Shown piece after piece: positions 21,371 through 30,609 of a DNA stretch of 64,000 nt. This DNA comes from an uncultured Alphaproteobacteria bacterium (GTDB lineage Bacteria > Pseudomonadota > Alphaproteobacteria > RF32 > CAG-239), in NCBI GenBank assembly GCA_947630965.1, contig CANRJO010000005.1:203-64202 (forward strand), given 5' to 3'. Under the pieces are notes generated by a model. It saw only the letters and a program-made list of their open reading frames with translations, was not told where the DNA came from and ran no database searches. A program made the position numbers and the translations under genes. Position 1 is the first letter of the stretch. Each line of letters opens with the position of its first letter.

Positions 21371-22831
21371 TTAGAGTGTCAGTTCAAAACTTTTAAAAGA
21401 AAGCCCGTTAAGCAAAATAAATGCGGCAAGCAAATTGGCAAGGGCATAAATCTCAAGCATATTCATAAGCCAAGGCTGTTGCAAAAGCGGCAATTTTTTC
21501 TGCAATTTGGCACCAAGAGCATAAATCCCGCAGGAAAGCACAAAAAGAACCAAAAGTTGCACGCTCACACCCCCTGCCGTTAACCATGATTTAAACGGAA
21601 GCAACAAAAAGCTGATACTGCTCCAAAACAGAAGATAAAACACCATACCGACAAGCGCAATTTTATGAAGCTTAATAAATTGGCGTTGCCTTTGGCGCCT
21701 TTTACGCTGATTTTCCTCATTGCTGATTTCTTTAAGCGGCATTCCACGCACTTTGGCGGGGCTTTCTTTTTCTTCTTTAACAGCAACCAGTTTACGCTCA
21801 AACTTTTCTTCAATGGCGCAAAGTCCGCAACCTTTAGCGGTAAAATACACATGATCCGGATTTTTCTTACAAACTTTCAAATTCCGAAACAGACCCTCTA
21901 AGTGCAACTGCCATTCTTTGGCGGTCGGACGCTCCTGATCTTTTAAGAATGCGCGGTCAAAAAGCGCAAGTGTCTTTTTATCAAAATAAGCGTGCATACT
22001 GTAAGGATGCGGCGCCTGATAAGCATCAGGCCACATACCATACGCATAATGATAATTCTCGATTCGCTGTTGGATAGGCAACGGTTCCACTTCATCGTGC
22101 TTACGTAAAACGCCCGAAAATGGATGAATACCGTTATTCAGCAACTTAAAAATAATCACGGCAAGGGCAAATTTATCTTGTTCTTCGCCCATTTCTGCAC
22201 AATCTTGCGCCATACCCTCAGGGTAGATATATTCTTCGCTCACATACTCAGCAGGATACCGCCCTTTTTCACCCTTAATGGAAAAACCATCACAATCATA
22301 AATAGCCACAAGCATATTTTCCTTATAAACGGAAACATTGGCAGGCTTTAAATCCACAATATAGTGCCCGCATTTATGCAACGCTGCCACCATAGACGCC
22401 ACATTATAAGCGGCATACAACCGGTTGGAATAGCTTTCCGAAAGCCCTAATTTCTGCCGCACGGCTTTTTGAATGAGATGATCCAATGAAACAGCGTCTT
22501 GCGTTTTAATCAGGGGCATCAGATAACCGGCACAAAAACCTTCGTCATCTTCTAAAATAGCCGTTGGCCAGGCAATTTGCACAAAAGGGCGATCATCGTA
22601 AATAATGGGGTCAATATGCGGCTGATTTTGAAGCATCGCCTCCAATTTCGGACGATAGCTCCTGCTCTTGTTTTTATCATGGAAAACTTTAGCCACACTT
22701 TCGGGTTTGCCTTCCACGGCAAAAATTTTGCCACCCGCACCGCCCTTATGGAGCATTTCGGCAAGCACAATTTTTTCAAAGTGCCCATCGGCATAAAGGG
22801 CGTTATAAACAGAAGGTTGCGACATGCTCAT
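21371..22831 (-). CDS. TerY-associated Ser/Thr kinase (YegI-like) with C-terminal TM helices
   Basis: GGAGGKIF, VAKVF, IAWP, DLKPANV, DCDGF, QDKFALAV, HPFSG, C..NPDH...CGLC Zn-ribbon-like motif. Confidence 0.85.
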   Translation of the reverse strand: MSMSQPSVYNALYADGHFEKIVLAEMLHKGGAGGKIFAVEGKPESVAKVFHDKNKSRSYRPKLEAMLQNQPHIDPIIYDDRPFVQIAWPTAILEDDEGFCAGYLMPLIKTQDAVSLDHLIQKAVRQKLGLSESYSNRLYAAYNVASMVAALHKCGHYIVDLKPANVSVYKENMLVAIYDCDGFSIKGEKGRYPAEYVSEEYIYPEGMAQDCAEMGEEQDKFALAVIIFKLLNNGIHPFSGVLRKHDEVEPLPIQQRIENYHYAYGMWPDAYQAPHPYSMHAYFDKKTLALFDRAFLKDQERPTAKEWQLHLEGLFRNLKVCKKNPDHVYFTAKGCGLCAIEEKFERKLVAVKEEKESPAKVRGMPLKEISNEENQRKRRQRQRQFIKLHKIALVGMVFYLLFWSSISFLLLPFKSWLTAGGVSVQLLVLFVLSCGIYALGAKLQKKLPLLQQPWLMNMLEIYALANLLAAFILLNGLSFKSFELTL

Positions 22832-23583
22832 TTTTTAAGCCTCGCCCAAAGCAAAGTTTTATCATCAGGGTTCAAACGCCGCGCTGTTTGGGTAGAAAGT
22901 GTATTGTTGAGAGCGCGTCTGGCGCGTTGATGGCTCTTTTCCGCACTTAAATAAGCATCAATAGGCTCCACAAACTTTTTTTCAAGATAAGCAAAGCCGT
23001 TTTTAAAGGCAAAGCCCGTCACACCGTCTGTCATCAACATCAGGCTTTGGGCTTTTTCAAACGGGGTAAAGCGCAAGCTATCTTTCCAATCGTCCATCGT
23101 ATAAAAATATGTCTCGCAGGAAAAATGCCCATTTTCAGGCCGAGAGATAACCGCACCGCCCGCGGGTTTTTGCAAAAATGCCATGGCCGCCCCATCGCCG
23201 ATATGGAAAAAAATGCCACTTTGTTTATGGCACACGGCACCCACAACGGTTGCGGCAAAATCAATAAGCCCTTCTTCGGATTTTTGTTTATTCAAACGAT
23301 GCAAAATAAGTTTTTCTCGAGTCGTTTCAAGCGCCGCCATAATTTGCTTCTTAATTTGTTTCATCGACCCGCTAATTAAAACATCGCAAAGTGTTTCGCA
23401 CACAATTTTTGCGCCGATTTTGCCATATTTTGCTGAGCCCGCACCGTCTGCCACCACCGCCACAAGCTTTTGCCCGCGCGCCTGATGACAAAAATAATCC
23501 TGACAGGGCAGATTTTGGTTTTCATGCCAAACGCCGCGCACACTGGTTGCCACCACCTGAATTTGAGCCGAGCTATTCTTCAT
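22828..23583 (-). CDS. PP2C-like phosphatase (YegK-like)
   Basis: SVRG..H...PCQD, VADGAGSA, IGDG, MTDG, DDKT. Confidence 0.9.
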   Translation of the reverse strand: MKNSSAQIQVVATSVRGVWHENQNLPCQDYFCHQARGQKLVAVVADGAGSAKYGKIGAKIVCETLCDVLISGSMKQIKKQIMAALETTREKLILHRLNKQKSEEGLIDFAATVVGAVCHKQSGIFFHIGDGAAMAFLQKPAGGAVISRPENGHFSCETYFYTMDDWKDSLRFTPFEKAQSLMLMTDGVTGFAFKNGFAYLEKKFVEPIDAYLSAEKSHQRARRALNNTLSTQTARRLNPDDKTLLWARLKK

Positions 23584-24253
23584 TCCAGTCGTTAATATCC
23601 CTCAACAAATCATCGGCATGCGGCGCTGCCTTTGAAACACATGAAACACTACGTGAAAGCCACAGGAAAAATTCGGTAAATTTAAGCCCAGTCAAACGCT
23701 TAGGCGACATCAGCGAAAATTTTGCAAGCTTTTCCAAATTTGCCCCTTGCGTTCCAACGGCATGAATAATCACTTTTTTGCTTTGCTGTGCCAAGCGACA
23801 TTTTTCAGCGGCCTGCTCCCAACCATAATCGGTGGGTTCGCCATCTGAAATAAGGAAAATCCACGGACGTTTGGAGGTCACCCCGCAGCTATCATAAAGC
23901 GTTTTTTGCGCCTCAATCTTTTTAAGCGCCAATTCCATAGCTTTGCCAAGTGGCGTTAAACCGCCGGCCTCCATAACAGGCGCCGTAAAATTCATGGCAT
24001 CCACCCAATCAGCGCTCACAACAACTTCATCTTTGCCGCAAGCTTTAATAATGAGGATCTGCACGCGCGAGCTTGCATCAATATCATCTTTAAGCTCTCT
24101 TTCAAGGGCTTGCAGGCCGGCATTGAGCTGTTTGATTGGTTCGCCACGCATAGACCCCGAGCAATCAAGCACCAAAACGCAAGGTGTACGCTCATTGGCA
24201 TTATCAGCAAACTCAACATAAGGGATGGTATCTTTAGAAGAAATTTCAACCAT
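23573..24253 (-). CDS. TerY-type vWA domain protein (YegL-like)
   Basis: PCVLVLDCSGSMRGEPI (MIDAS), GLTPLG, RPWIFLISDGEPTD, FFLWLSRS. Confidence 0.9.
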   Translation of the reverse strand: MVEISSKDTIPYVEFADNANERTPCVLVLDCSGSMRGEPIKQLNAGLQALERELKDDIDASSRVQILIIKACGKDEVVVSADWVDAMNFTAPVMEAGGLTPLGKAMELALKKIEAQKTLYDSCGVTSKRPWIFLISDGEPTDYGWEQAAEKCRLAQQSKKVIIHAVGTQGANLEKLAKFSLMSPKRLTGLKFTEFFLWLSRSVSCVSKAAPHADDLLRDINDWNEE

Positions 24254-24265
24254 TTTCAAATTCCT

Positions 24266-24388
24266 TTAATAACGGGGATAACTGTGCGGATATCCGCTGC
24301 CTTCAAGAGGTGACGGCTCTGAGATTTTTCCGCAGGCGGAAAGCCCCAAAACACCAACAAGGATAAAAACAAAACAAATATATTTCAT
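24266..24388 (-). CDS. Small lipoprotein (LptM/YifL-like), 40 aa, below the ORF-track cutoff
   Basis: Manual translation MKYICFVFILVGVLGLSACGKISEPSPLEGSGYPHSYPRY; lipobox LSA-C followed by GK..P. Confidence 0.7.
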   Translation of the reverse strand: MKYICFVFILVGVLGLSACGKISEPSPLEGSGYPHSYPRY

Positions 24389-24480
24389 TGATGCACCTTT
24401 TTTCTTGTAACATGCTTTGAAATGGATTATATGTGAACGAAACAGAAATTACAAAGGAAAATAAAGGATTTTAACAAGAG

Positions 24481-25014
24481 ATGTTCAAACTTTTCACAAA
24501 AATATTAAGTGCAGGGCTCATTTTATGGACAGGCATAAGCTTTGCGGAAGAAGGGGTTAATATTTTTAATGAACCACGCAAAGCACCCATTCGGGCTTTC
24601 ACGCATCAAAGTGGGCAACACCTAAAATTTTCTGATTTTAAGGGCGATTTTGTCTTGGCTCATTTTTGGTCGCGTGATTGCGGACCCTGCGTGCGCGAAC
24701 TCAAAACACTCAATACGTTTTACAATGACATGGCAGGCAAAGGCATACGCTTGGTTTTGCTTTCCCCTTCAGGCGAGTGGCGCTCTGCCAACGAACAAAA
24801 ACGGTTTTTAAAAAAATATGGCGCGCCTGATGTGCCTTTTTACACCGATGACGGCGGTCGTTTGGCGGGCGATTTTGGCATATTTTCACGTCCGCACACC
24901 GTCCTGATTAACCAACAAGGTGAAGAAATCGGCAGAATCCGTGGTTCTGCAAAGTGGAATGACCCTCGCGTGGAAGAATACATTGCCAAATTAAAATTAA
25001 AAAATTTTAATTAA
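24481..25014 (+). CDS. TlpA-like thiol-disulfide oxidoreductase
   Basis: HFWSRDCGPCVRE thioredoxin CxxC, GEEIGRIRG.A.W. Confidence 0.88.
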   Translation: MFKLFTKILSAGLILWTGISFAEEGVNIFNEPRKAPIRAFTHQSGQHLKFSDFKGDFVLAHFWSRDCGPCVRELKTLNTFYNDMAGKGIRLVLLSPSGEWRSANEQKRFLKKYGAPDVPFYTDDGGRLAGDFGIFSRPHTVLINQQGEEIGRIRGSAKWNDPRVEEYIAKLKLKNFN

Positions 25015-25024
25015 TTATTTAGAC

Positions 25025-25053
25025 TTGACCATTAAAGTAAAAAGTGGTAAAAT
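25025..25053 (+). promoter_or_regulatory. Sigma70-type promoter
   Basis: TTGACC-N17-TAAAAT upstream of 25086. Confidence 0.6.
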
Positions 25054-25085
25054 TAATAAAGAAATTTCGCTGAAAGGTTAAGTCT

Positions 25086-25967
25086 ATGCGAGCTATTTTA
25101 TCTATTCTGTTTACTTTTGCGGTTTTAATGCTGTCGGCGACTCAAGCTCAAGCCAGTGTTTGTTTTTTACCGGGCAAGCTTGCCGGCGACTGTACCCAAA
25201 GCCCTGACCTTGTTGCCTGCGGTGGTTATGATCACAATGGTCCGTGCACACTTTCAGGCGAAATTCAAACAACCTGCGATCACCTCGGGCATCGCTTCTA
25301 TAAATGCGAATGCGACCCAACCGCCGTTCAAAACAGTGAAATTGAAAGTGGAACTTACGTTTGCAGAAAAAGCTACAATAAACAATGCGGCTGTAGTAGA
25401 AATGATGCCGCATGTAATACAGCTCGTTATCCGGAGCACGGTTGCAACGGCGCCAATTCGCACGGCTATGATGAAGGTGTTACCGGCGGTGCTTTCTGCG
25501 TAGATCCTGGAGATGAATCGCTCTGGTTTAAAGAGTGCTTGTGTAATGATGGCTTTGAACTTACTTGCACCGAAGAAGGGCTTGCCAAACCAAAAACTAC
25601 AGAATATTGCGAGCTCCCCGGCGGCAATTTCAAATATACAAGTTGTGATTGTGCACCAAACTGGACATTAAACACCACATGCAGCAGCCGCTCTGATGGT
25701 TGCACAGCAGAAGAAAAGAAAGTTTCAAACGGTGCCGGTGGTTGGTGTTATCACTGCATCAATGAAAAATGCCCTGACCAAAACCAAACAAACTTGGAGG
25801 TTTTATGGTGCTCAGGTGCAACAAAAATTCAACTCAACTGTCAAACCTTGGGTTACACCACAAGTGGTAACTGCCCTGAAGGTCAGGCCGGGCCGGCTTG
25901 TCCGTTTGACAAGCGTTATCATTTCTGCCAAGAAATCACCAAAGAGTTGGAAAAAGTGGAAGAATAA
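25086..25967 (+). CDS. Cys-rich secreted protein with a C-terminal C..LGY...CPFD module
   Basis: Signal peptide AQA-S, very high Cys content, ends CQTLGYTTSGNC...CPFDKRYHFC. Confidence 0.75.
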   Translation: MRAILSILFTFAVLMLSATQAQASVCFLPGKLAGDCTQSPDLVACGGYDHNGPCTLSGEIQTTCDHLGHRFYKCECDPTAVQNSEIESGTYVCRKSYNKQCGCSRNDAACNTARYPEHGCNGANSHGYDEGVTGGAFCVDPGDESLWFKECLCNDGFELTCTEEGLAKPKTTEYCELPGGNFKYTSCDCAPNWTLNTTCSSRSDGCTAEEKKVSNGAGGWCYHCINEKCPDQNQTNLEVLWCSGATKIQLNCQTLGYTTSGNCPEGQAGPACPFDKRYHFCQEITKELEKVEE

Positions 25968-26039
25968 GGCGCTTGACCACATATTTCTGAATATTGCTTA
26001 AAAAGCAACAAACGCCTAAAAAATAAGGAAAATATCTCA

Positions 26040-26067
26040 AAAAAGCCCCTCAAACGAGGGGCTTTTT
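26040..26067. terminator. Bidirectional intrinsic terminator
   Basis: AAAAAGCCCCTC-AAAC-GAGGGGCTTTTT. Confidence 0.85.
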
Positions 26068-26081
26068 CTAAATGACACAAA

Positions 26082-26312
26082 TTAGTTGCCGCTTTTAATA
26101 CCAAAAGCGCCGAACTTGTTGTTAAACTTGGAAACCTGACCGCCAGAATCCACCATACGGTGAATACCAGTCCATTCCGGGTGCGACTTCGGATCAATTT
26201 CCAAAGTCATTTTTGCGCCCGCTTTGCCCCAAGTGGAACGTACTTTATGTTCTGACCCGTCTGTCATCACGTATGTAATTTCGTGATAGTCGGGATGAAT
26301 GCCTTTTTTCAT
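26082..26312 (-). CDS. rpmE: 50S ribosomal protein L31
   Basis: [10 protein letters not shown]...[13 protein letters not shown]. Confidence 0.97.
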   Translation of the reverse strand: MKKGIHPDYHEITYVMTDGSEHKVRSTWGKAGAKMTLEIDPKSHPEWTGIHRMVDSGGQVSKFNNKFGAFGIKSGN

Positions 26313-26388
26313 TTTTCTTCTCCAAATTGCTCAAAATTTACGCTCTTATAACCCAAACAAAAACATTTATCAAGCTTTTTTTTACGAT

Positions 26389-27189
26389 TTATTTAAAAAT
26401 CTCAAAAATCTTTTGGGTTAAGTTAAAGTTTGTGGCCGATAAATCGCCCGTGGAGAGCACTTCCGCCACATTTTCAACCCGAACGTCTTTTGCCCCTTTA
26501 GCCCGCACAAGACCGCCAGCTTCTTTCACAAGCAAAATGCCCGCAGCCATACTGGAAATATGGTTATGAAGGCTTAACGAGGCGTCCAACTTACCGGCGG
26601 CAACATACGCAAGATCTTGCGCCACACAACCACTGGAGCGAACATTGCCTGATTTTTCCATCACGACGGCGACAATTTTGGAAACTTCCGCGCGTTCCTG
26701 ATGATAACCGTTTGCCACACCAATCAAGGCGCCCTCAAGTTCTTTAGCAGCAGAAACACGCATACGCTCATGGCTGCGCGCTCCTTCGCGAAAAGTGCCG
26801 TTGCCCTTTGAGGCAAAGTAAAGCTCATCACGAACGGGATTAAACACAATGCCTGATAAAACCTCGCCTTGTTCAATGTAAGCCACCGAAACGGCAAAAT
26901 CCGGACACCCGTGCGCAAAATTAACAATGCCTTCAATAGGGCTGATGGCAAAATACGTTTTGCCGCTCACCTGTTCCGAGGGCGTAAAAATCTTGACTTC
27001 CGGACGGATTTCCGCAAACGATTCGCGCAAACGTTTTTCAAGCCGCGTATAAGTGTTAAAGACAAAGTCTTTACTACCGCGCACGGAATTTTGAAGTTGC
27101 TCAATTTCCATAAAATCGCGGTCAAGGGTATGCGCGGCTTTTTTAAGCGCATTAACTTGCGCGGTAACAAATGGCGTTCCGTAAAGCAT
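26389..27189 (-). CDS. suhB: Inositol monophosphatase family SuhB, degenerate active site
   Basis: RDFMEIEQLQ, NFAHG.PDFAVS, P..DELY.A.KG.G, DLAYVAAG, AAGILLVKEAGG; follows efp. Confidence 0.85.
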   Translation of the reverse strand: MLYGTPFVTAQVNALKKAAHTLDRDFMEIEQLQNSVRGSKDFVFNTYTRLEKRLRESFAEIRPEVKIFTPSEQVSGKTYFAISPIEGIVNFAHGCPDFAVSVAYIEQGEVLSGIVFNPVRDELYFASKGNGTFREGARSHERMRVSAAKELEGALIGVANGYHQERAEVSKIVAVVMEKSGNVRSSGCVAQDLAYVAAGKLDASLSLHNHISSMAAGILLVKEAGGLVRAKGAKDVRVENVAEVLSTGDLSATNFNLTQKIFEIFK

Positions 27190-27752
27190 TACTTAGCTCT
27201 TTCAACATAGTTAGCTTCAGCCGTGCCCACCACAATTTTATCACCGGCACCGATAAAGGGCGGAACCATCACGCGCACACCATTGTCCAAAATAGCAGGC
27301 TTGTAGGAAGAAGCAGCTGTCTGCCCTTTAACGACAGGCTCTGTTTCCACCACCGTACATATAACCTGCAACGGGAGCTCTACAGAAATCGGCCGGCCGT
27401 TAATGTGTGCAATACGCACGCTCATGCCATCGGTCAAGAACGGGCGCGAATCGCCCAAGATATCTGCCGGCATGGTAAACTGATCAAACGTTTCCGATTC
27501 CATAAAGGTCAAGCCGTTGCCGTCTTCAAACAAAAACTGACAATCTTTATCTTCAACCATCATTTTTTCAATGGTATCTTCCGTGCGGAAGCGCTCGTTA
27601 GTTTTGGTGCCTTCTTCAACAGCTTTCATTTCAACCTGCATAAAAGCGCCGCCTTTACCCGGTTTGATGTGAACAGCTTTGGTAATTGTCCAAGGTTTAC
27701 CCTTATATTCAATGACCCATCCAATTCTGATTGATCCTGCGAGTTGTTTCAT
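27189..27752 (-). CDS. efp: Elongation factor P
   Basis: KPGKGGAF, ETEPVVKGQTA..SYKPA, VPPFI. Confidence 0.97.
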   Translation of the reverse strand: MKQLAGSIRIGWVIEYKGKPWTITKAVHIKPGKGGAFMQVEMKAVEEGTKTNERFRTEDTIEKMMVEDKDCQFLFEDGNGLTFMESETFDQFTMPADILGDSRPFLTDGMSVRIAHINGRPISVELPLQVICTVVETEPVVKGQTAASSYKPAILDNGVRVMVPPFIGAGDKIVVGTAEANYVERAK

Positions 27753-27821
27753 TATTTTTCTCCGTATTTACAATTTTAAACAGATTTTTCATTTAAGGTT
27801 GAGGGCAACATAAACCAAACT

Positions 27822-28343
27822 TTAGGCTTTGGCAACAAAAATTTTATATTTTATGTCATCCATAATCACAAAATCAGTGGCAAAGTTTTCAAAATCAACG
27901 CCATCTTCGCATAGCAAGAGTGCCGATTGGAGCAAAAACATTTCATTATACCACGCAGTGAGCGCCTTAATATTTTCAGCGCCGTCCCGAAAAGCCTTAA
28001 AAATCACAAAATCAGGCTCGCACTCGCTCACAAGCATCGCTTCGTGCCGGCGGTTACGGCAAATAAGCCCAATAAACTTGCCCGCAAGATTTTGCTTCAG
28101 CGTTTCAAAATCCGCCGCAATGTTTTCTGATTTTGAAAAATCCGCCACCACGCCGTCCAAGCGGTTCAGACGGCAAAACTCGGCATCATCGGTCAAAACA
28201 AGCTTACCCGCGGCTTTAGCCTTATCGGCAAAAGCGCTCACAAAGAAAGTTGGCAGATTTTTGCTTAAAATAAAGCACTCTAACGCCGTATCTTCAAGGC
28301 AATCAAAATTTTGTTGTGTGATGTTGATAATAAACTTTTGCAT
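27822..28343 (-). CDS. Divergent thiamine-phosphate-synthase-like protein
   Basis: LDGV, IGLIC..RRHEAM...EPDFVIF; occupies the usual position upstream of efp. Confidence 0.6.
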   Translation of the reverse strand: MQKFIINITQQNFDCLEDTALECFILSKNLPTFFVSAFADKAKAAGKLVLTDDAEFCRLNRLDGVVADFSKSENIAADFETLKQNLAGKFIGLICRNRRHEAMLVSECEPDFVIFKAFRDGAENIKALTAWYNEMFLLQSALLLCEDGVDFENFATDFVIMDDIKYKIFVAKA

Positions 28344-28417
28344 AAGGTTGTTTTGTGACTTGTATTTGAGGTTAAAGCGGTTATGATATTTTGTAATATA
28401 TACGTTTAAGGATTAAA

Positions 28418-28642
28418 ATGTCAATGGAAAAACAACAATTTGCCCGTACATTTGCCGCGTTGGAAAATTTACACGCAACGGTTTTGGCGTTAAATGAAAG
28501 TGTTGAGCGCTTAAAAAGCAAAATTCGTAAAAATGCCGAAACAGGCATAAATATAGAGCAAACGGCTCAAAAAGTTGAACAAGTCCTTGAAAAAATCAAT
28601 ATGGTGTTAAACGAAGATGGCTCAGGTAACAATCACAATTAA
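28418..28642 (+). CDS. Small coiled-coil protein upstream of zapA (DUF4164/ZapB-like)
   Basis: 74-aa coiled coil overlapping the zapA start. Confidence 0.6.
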   Translation: MSMEKQQFARTFAALENLHATVLALNESVERLKSKIRKNAETGINIEQTAQKVEQVLEKINMVLNEDGSGNNHN

Positions 28643-28985
28643 TGCACGCGAATATACCGTGGCTTGCGGTGATGGCGAAGAAGCCAACATCATCAAGCTT
28701 GCAAACATTTTGGATGAAAAAGCAAAGCTTTTGACAGCAAACGGCAATCAGATCAATGAAAATATGCTTTTAGCGATGGTTGGGCTATTGGTTGCAGACG
28801 AGCTTATTGACGCACGCCACGGCGTTTTTCCAGAGCCGCGCGTGCAAACGGTTGAAAAAATTGTGGAGCGCGTGGTAGAAAAGGAAGTTGAGCCTGACCT
28901 TTCCCCGTTGGATGAAAAAATGGCGCAAAGCGTTTCCGAAGTGGAAAAGCAGCTCAAAAACCTTATCTCATACATTGAAAGTTAA
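28617..28985 (+). CDS. zapA: Cell division protein ZapA
   Basis: MAQVTITINAREYTVACGDGEE...LAMVGLLVADEL. Confidence 0.93.
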   Translation: MAQVTITINAREYTVACGDGEEANIIKLANILDEKAKLLTANGNQINENMLLAMVGLLVADELIDARHGVFPEPRVQTVEKIVERVVEKEVEPDLSPLDEKMAQSVSEVEKQLKNLISYIES

Positions 28986-30511
28986 CGTTCAGCAATGTTA
29001 TAAGCTGTAAGTTCGGAAGTCCCTTTGTTCCGATTCACGTTTTTCACAACTCGAGAAGGTAAAATATCTTTAGTTTGGCTTAATTTGCCATGATAAGAAG
29101 ACGCCAAAATTTTCATCACTCGATTCGCGCTTTCTTCATCGGTTTTAAAACGCCCTATATGGTTTCTATCTTTGATACGCTTGCCATTTTTCTTGCACAT
29201 CACCACCCAATCATACGGGCAGTTATAAACTGATGCGGCATGCATTTGAAGCAAATCTCTCACGCTCAAACGCCCTTCCATGATATACACCGCGGGAAGA
29301 CAACGCTTTGAAACGCCTTTATCTTTGCTGTACTCGGTCATCAAATTGGCCAACCTTGTTCCCCTCAAATTTTGATTCAAACCCTCCAAATAAGCGGATT
29401 TTTCAAAAGATTTTGGGCTTAACAAATAAGCAAATTGCGCCGTGGTGATAAGACGTTCATGATCCAACTTAACCTTAACGTTTTTCTCAATAACAGGCCA
29501 AATAATATGTTTAAGATAGCGTTCTGTTTGCGTGGCAGCCTCTTTGATCGTGAGTCTATCGCCATATTTCACCTTTCTGATTTTTTGCCCGCTTTCATTC
29601 AAATAATAAGTTGTACCATAACCAACGGTCGGGACATCCTTTTTATCGTTATAAGCTTTCTCTTTATAATCTTCCACAAAAGCAATATAACAAATCATAT
29701 CATTAATGGATTGATCAAAAAGCTTTTTATTATGCTCCTCAACGCTAAGGTTTGAATCTTCTTTATGAAGAACCGGAGATTTTGGCGCTAAAATAGCCTT
29801 TGTAGGCAAAACCTCCTTTTGTTTTTGGGGCTCTTGTGTTACCTGTTGCTCCATTTGAGGCTTGGCCTTTGAATCATCTGTTTTTTCGCCATGAAAAACA
29901 CTATATCCCATGCCGCTCAAACTTGCCGCCAACGAAACGCGAACAAACCATTTTTGAGCATTTAAGCGCAAATTTTCAACAGACCAACGAGAGTTATTTT
30001 TTGTTTTTTTCATAGCGGTCTGTATAATATGTTTTAGCTTTTGCGGAACATCTTTTTCCAAGCCCCGCGCCACCATTTCCGCTTTCAGATCTCGCAGATT
30101 TTCACTGGTCACATATGAGGGCAACAGCTTTTTGCCAACAGCATTTTGAAGGTCTAGCGTATAAGCCATAACATGTTCATACTTTTTATCGGCACGCTCA
30201 AAAATCCGCGCAGCGACCTCCTCTTTCGGGCGATTTTGCGTACGCCAATCATACGGCACAACCAAACGGAAGTTTTTATCTTCATCATGAAACGTCACAT
30301 ATTGCACAGGCTCATCATTTTGCTTATAGCGTTCATAATCTTGACGCATGGCATCAAAAAAGTCATGAATAAACGCTTTTCGAAAATCCTGATAATCGGC
30401 AACATAATCCATCGGAATCAAATATTCTTTACCGTTCAGGCGAATATACTTCGGTGAAACTTCTGCCTCTTTATATTCTTGTAATAAAAAATTTTTTTCT
30501 TCCTGTTTCAT
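28982..30511 (-). CDS. GH24 lysozyme-domain protein with long N-terminal extension
   Basis: FVEDYKEKAYNDKKDVPTVGYGTT gives the E-x8-D-x5-T motif; hydrophobic segment WFVRVSLAASLSGMGYSVF precedes it. Confidence 0.75.
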   Translation of the reverse strand: MKQEEKNFLLQEYKEAEVSPKYIRLNGKEYLIPMDYVADYQDFRKAFIHDFFDAMRQDYERYKQNDEPVQYVTFHDEDKNFRLVVPYDWRTQNRPKEEVAARIFERADKKYEHVMAYTLDLQNAVGKKLLPSYVTSENLRDLKAEMVARGLEKDVPQKLKHIIQTAMKKTKNNSRWSVENLRLNAQKWFVRVSLAASLSGMGYSVFHGEKTDDSKAKPQMEQQVTQEPQKQKEVLPTKAILAPKSPVLHKEDSNLSVEEHNKKLFDQSINDMICYIAFVEDYKEKAYNDKKDVPTVGYGTTYYLNESGQKIRKVKYGDRLTIKEAATQTERYLKHIIWPVIEKNVKVKLDHERLITTAQFAYLLSPKSFEKSAYLEGLNQNLRGTRLANLMTEYSKDKGVSKRCLPAVYIMEGRLSVRDLLQMHAASVYNCPYDWVVMCKKNGKRIKDRNHIGRFKTDEESANRVMKILASSYHGKLSQTKDILPSRVVKNVNRNKGTSELTAYNIAER

Positions 30512-30540
30512 GCTCAAAAACCCTCTTCAAATATACTTCT

Positions 30541-30569
30541 ATTTTAGCAAAGCAGACTTATTTTGTCAA
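30541..30569 (-). promoter_or_regulatory. Sigma70-type promoter of the lysozyme-domain gene
   Basis: Minus strand TTGACA-N17-TAAAAT. Confidence 0.7.
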
Positions 30570-30571
30570 AC

Positions 30572-30603
30572 AAAAAAGGAGGGGTCATAAAGACCGCCTC
30601 CTT
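30572..30603 (-). terminator. Intrinsic terminator (copy 1 of the shared lipoprotein terminator)
   Basis: GGAGGGGTCATAAAGACCGCCTCC hairpin followed by a T-run on the minus strand. Confidence 0.75.
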
Positions 30604-30609
30604 AGTAGA

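Noticed and set aside
27171-28386. 187-aa and 185-aa plus-strand ORFs
   Set aside because: Antisense to efp and the thiE-like gene
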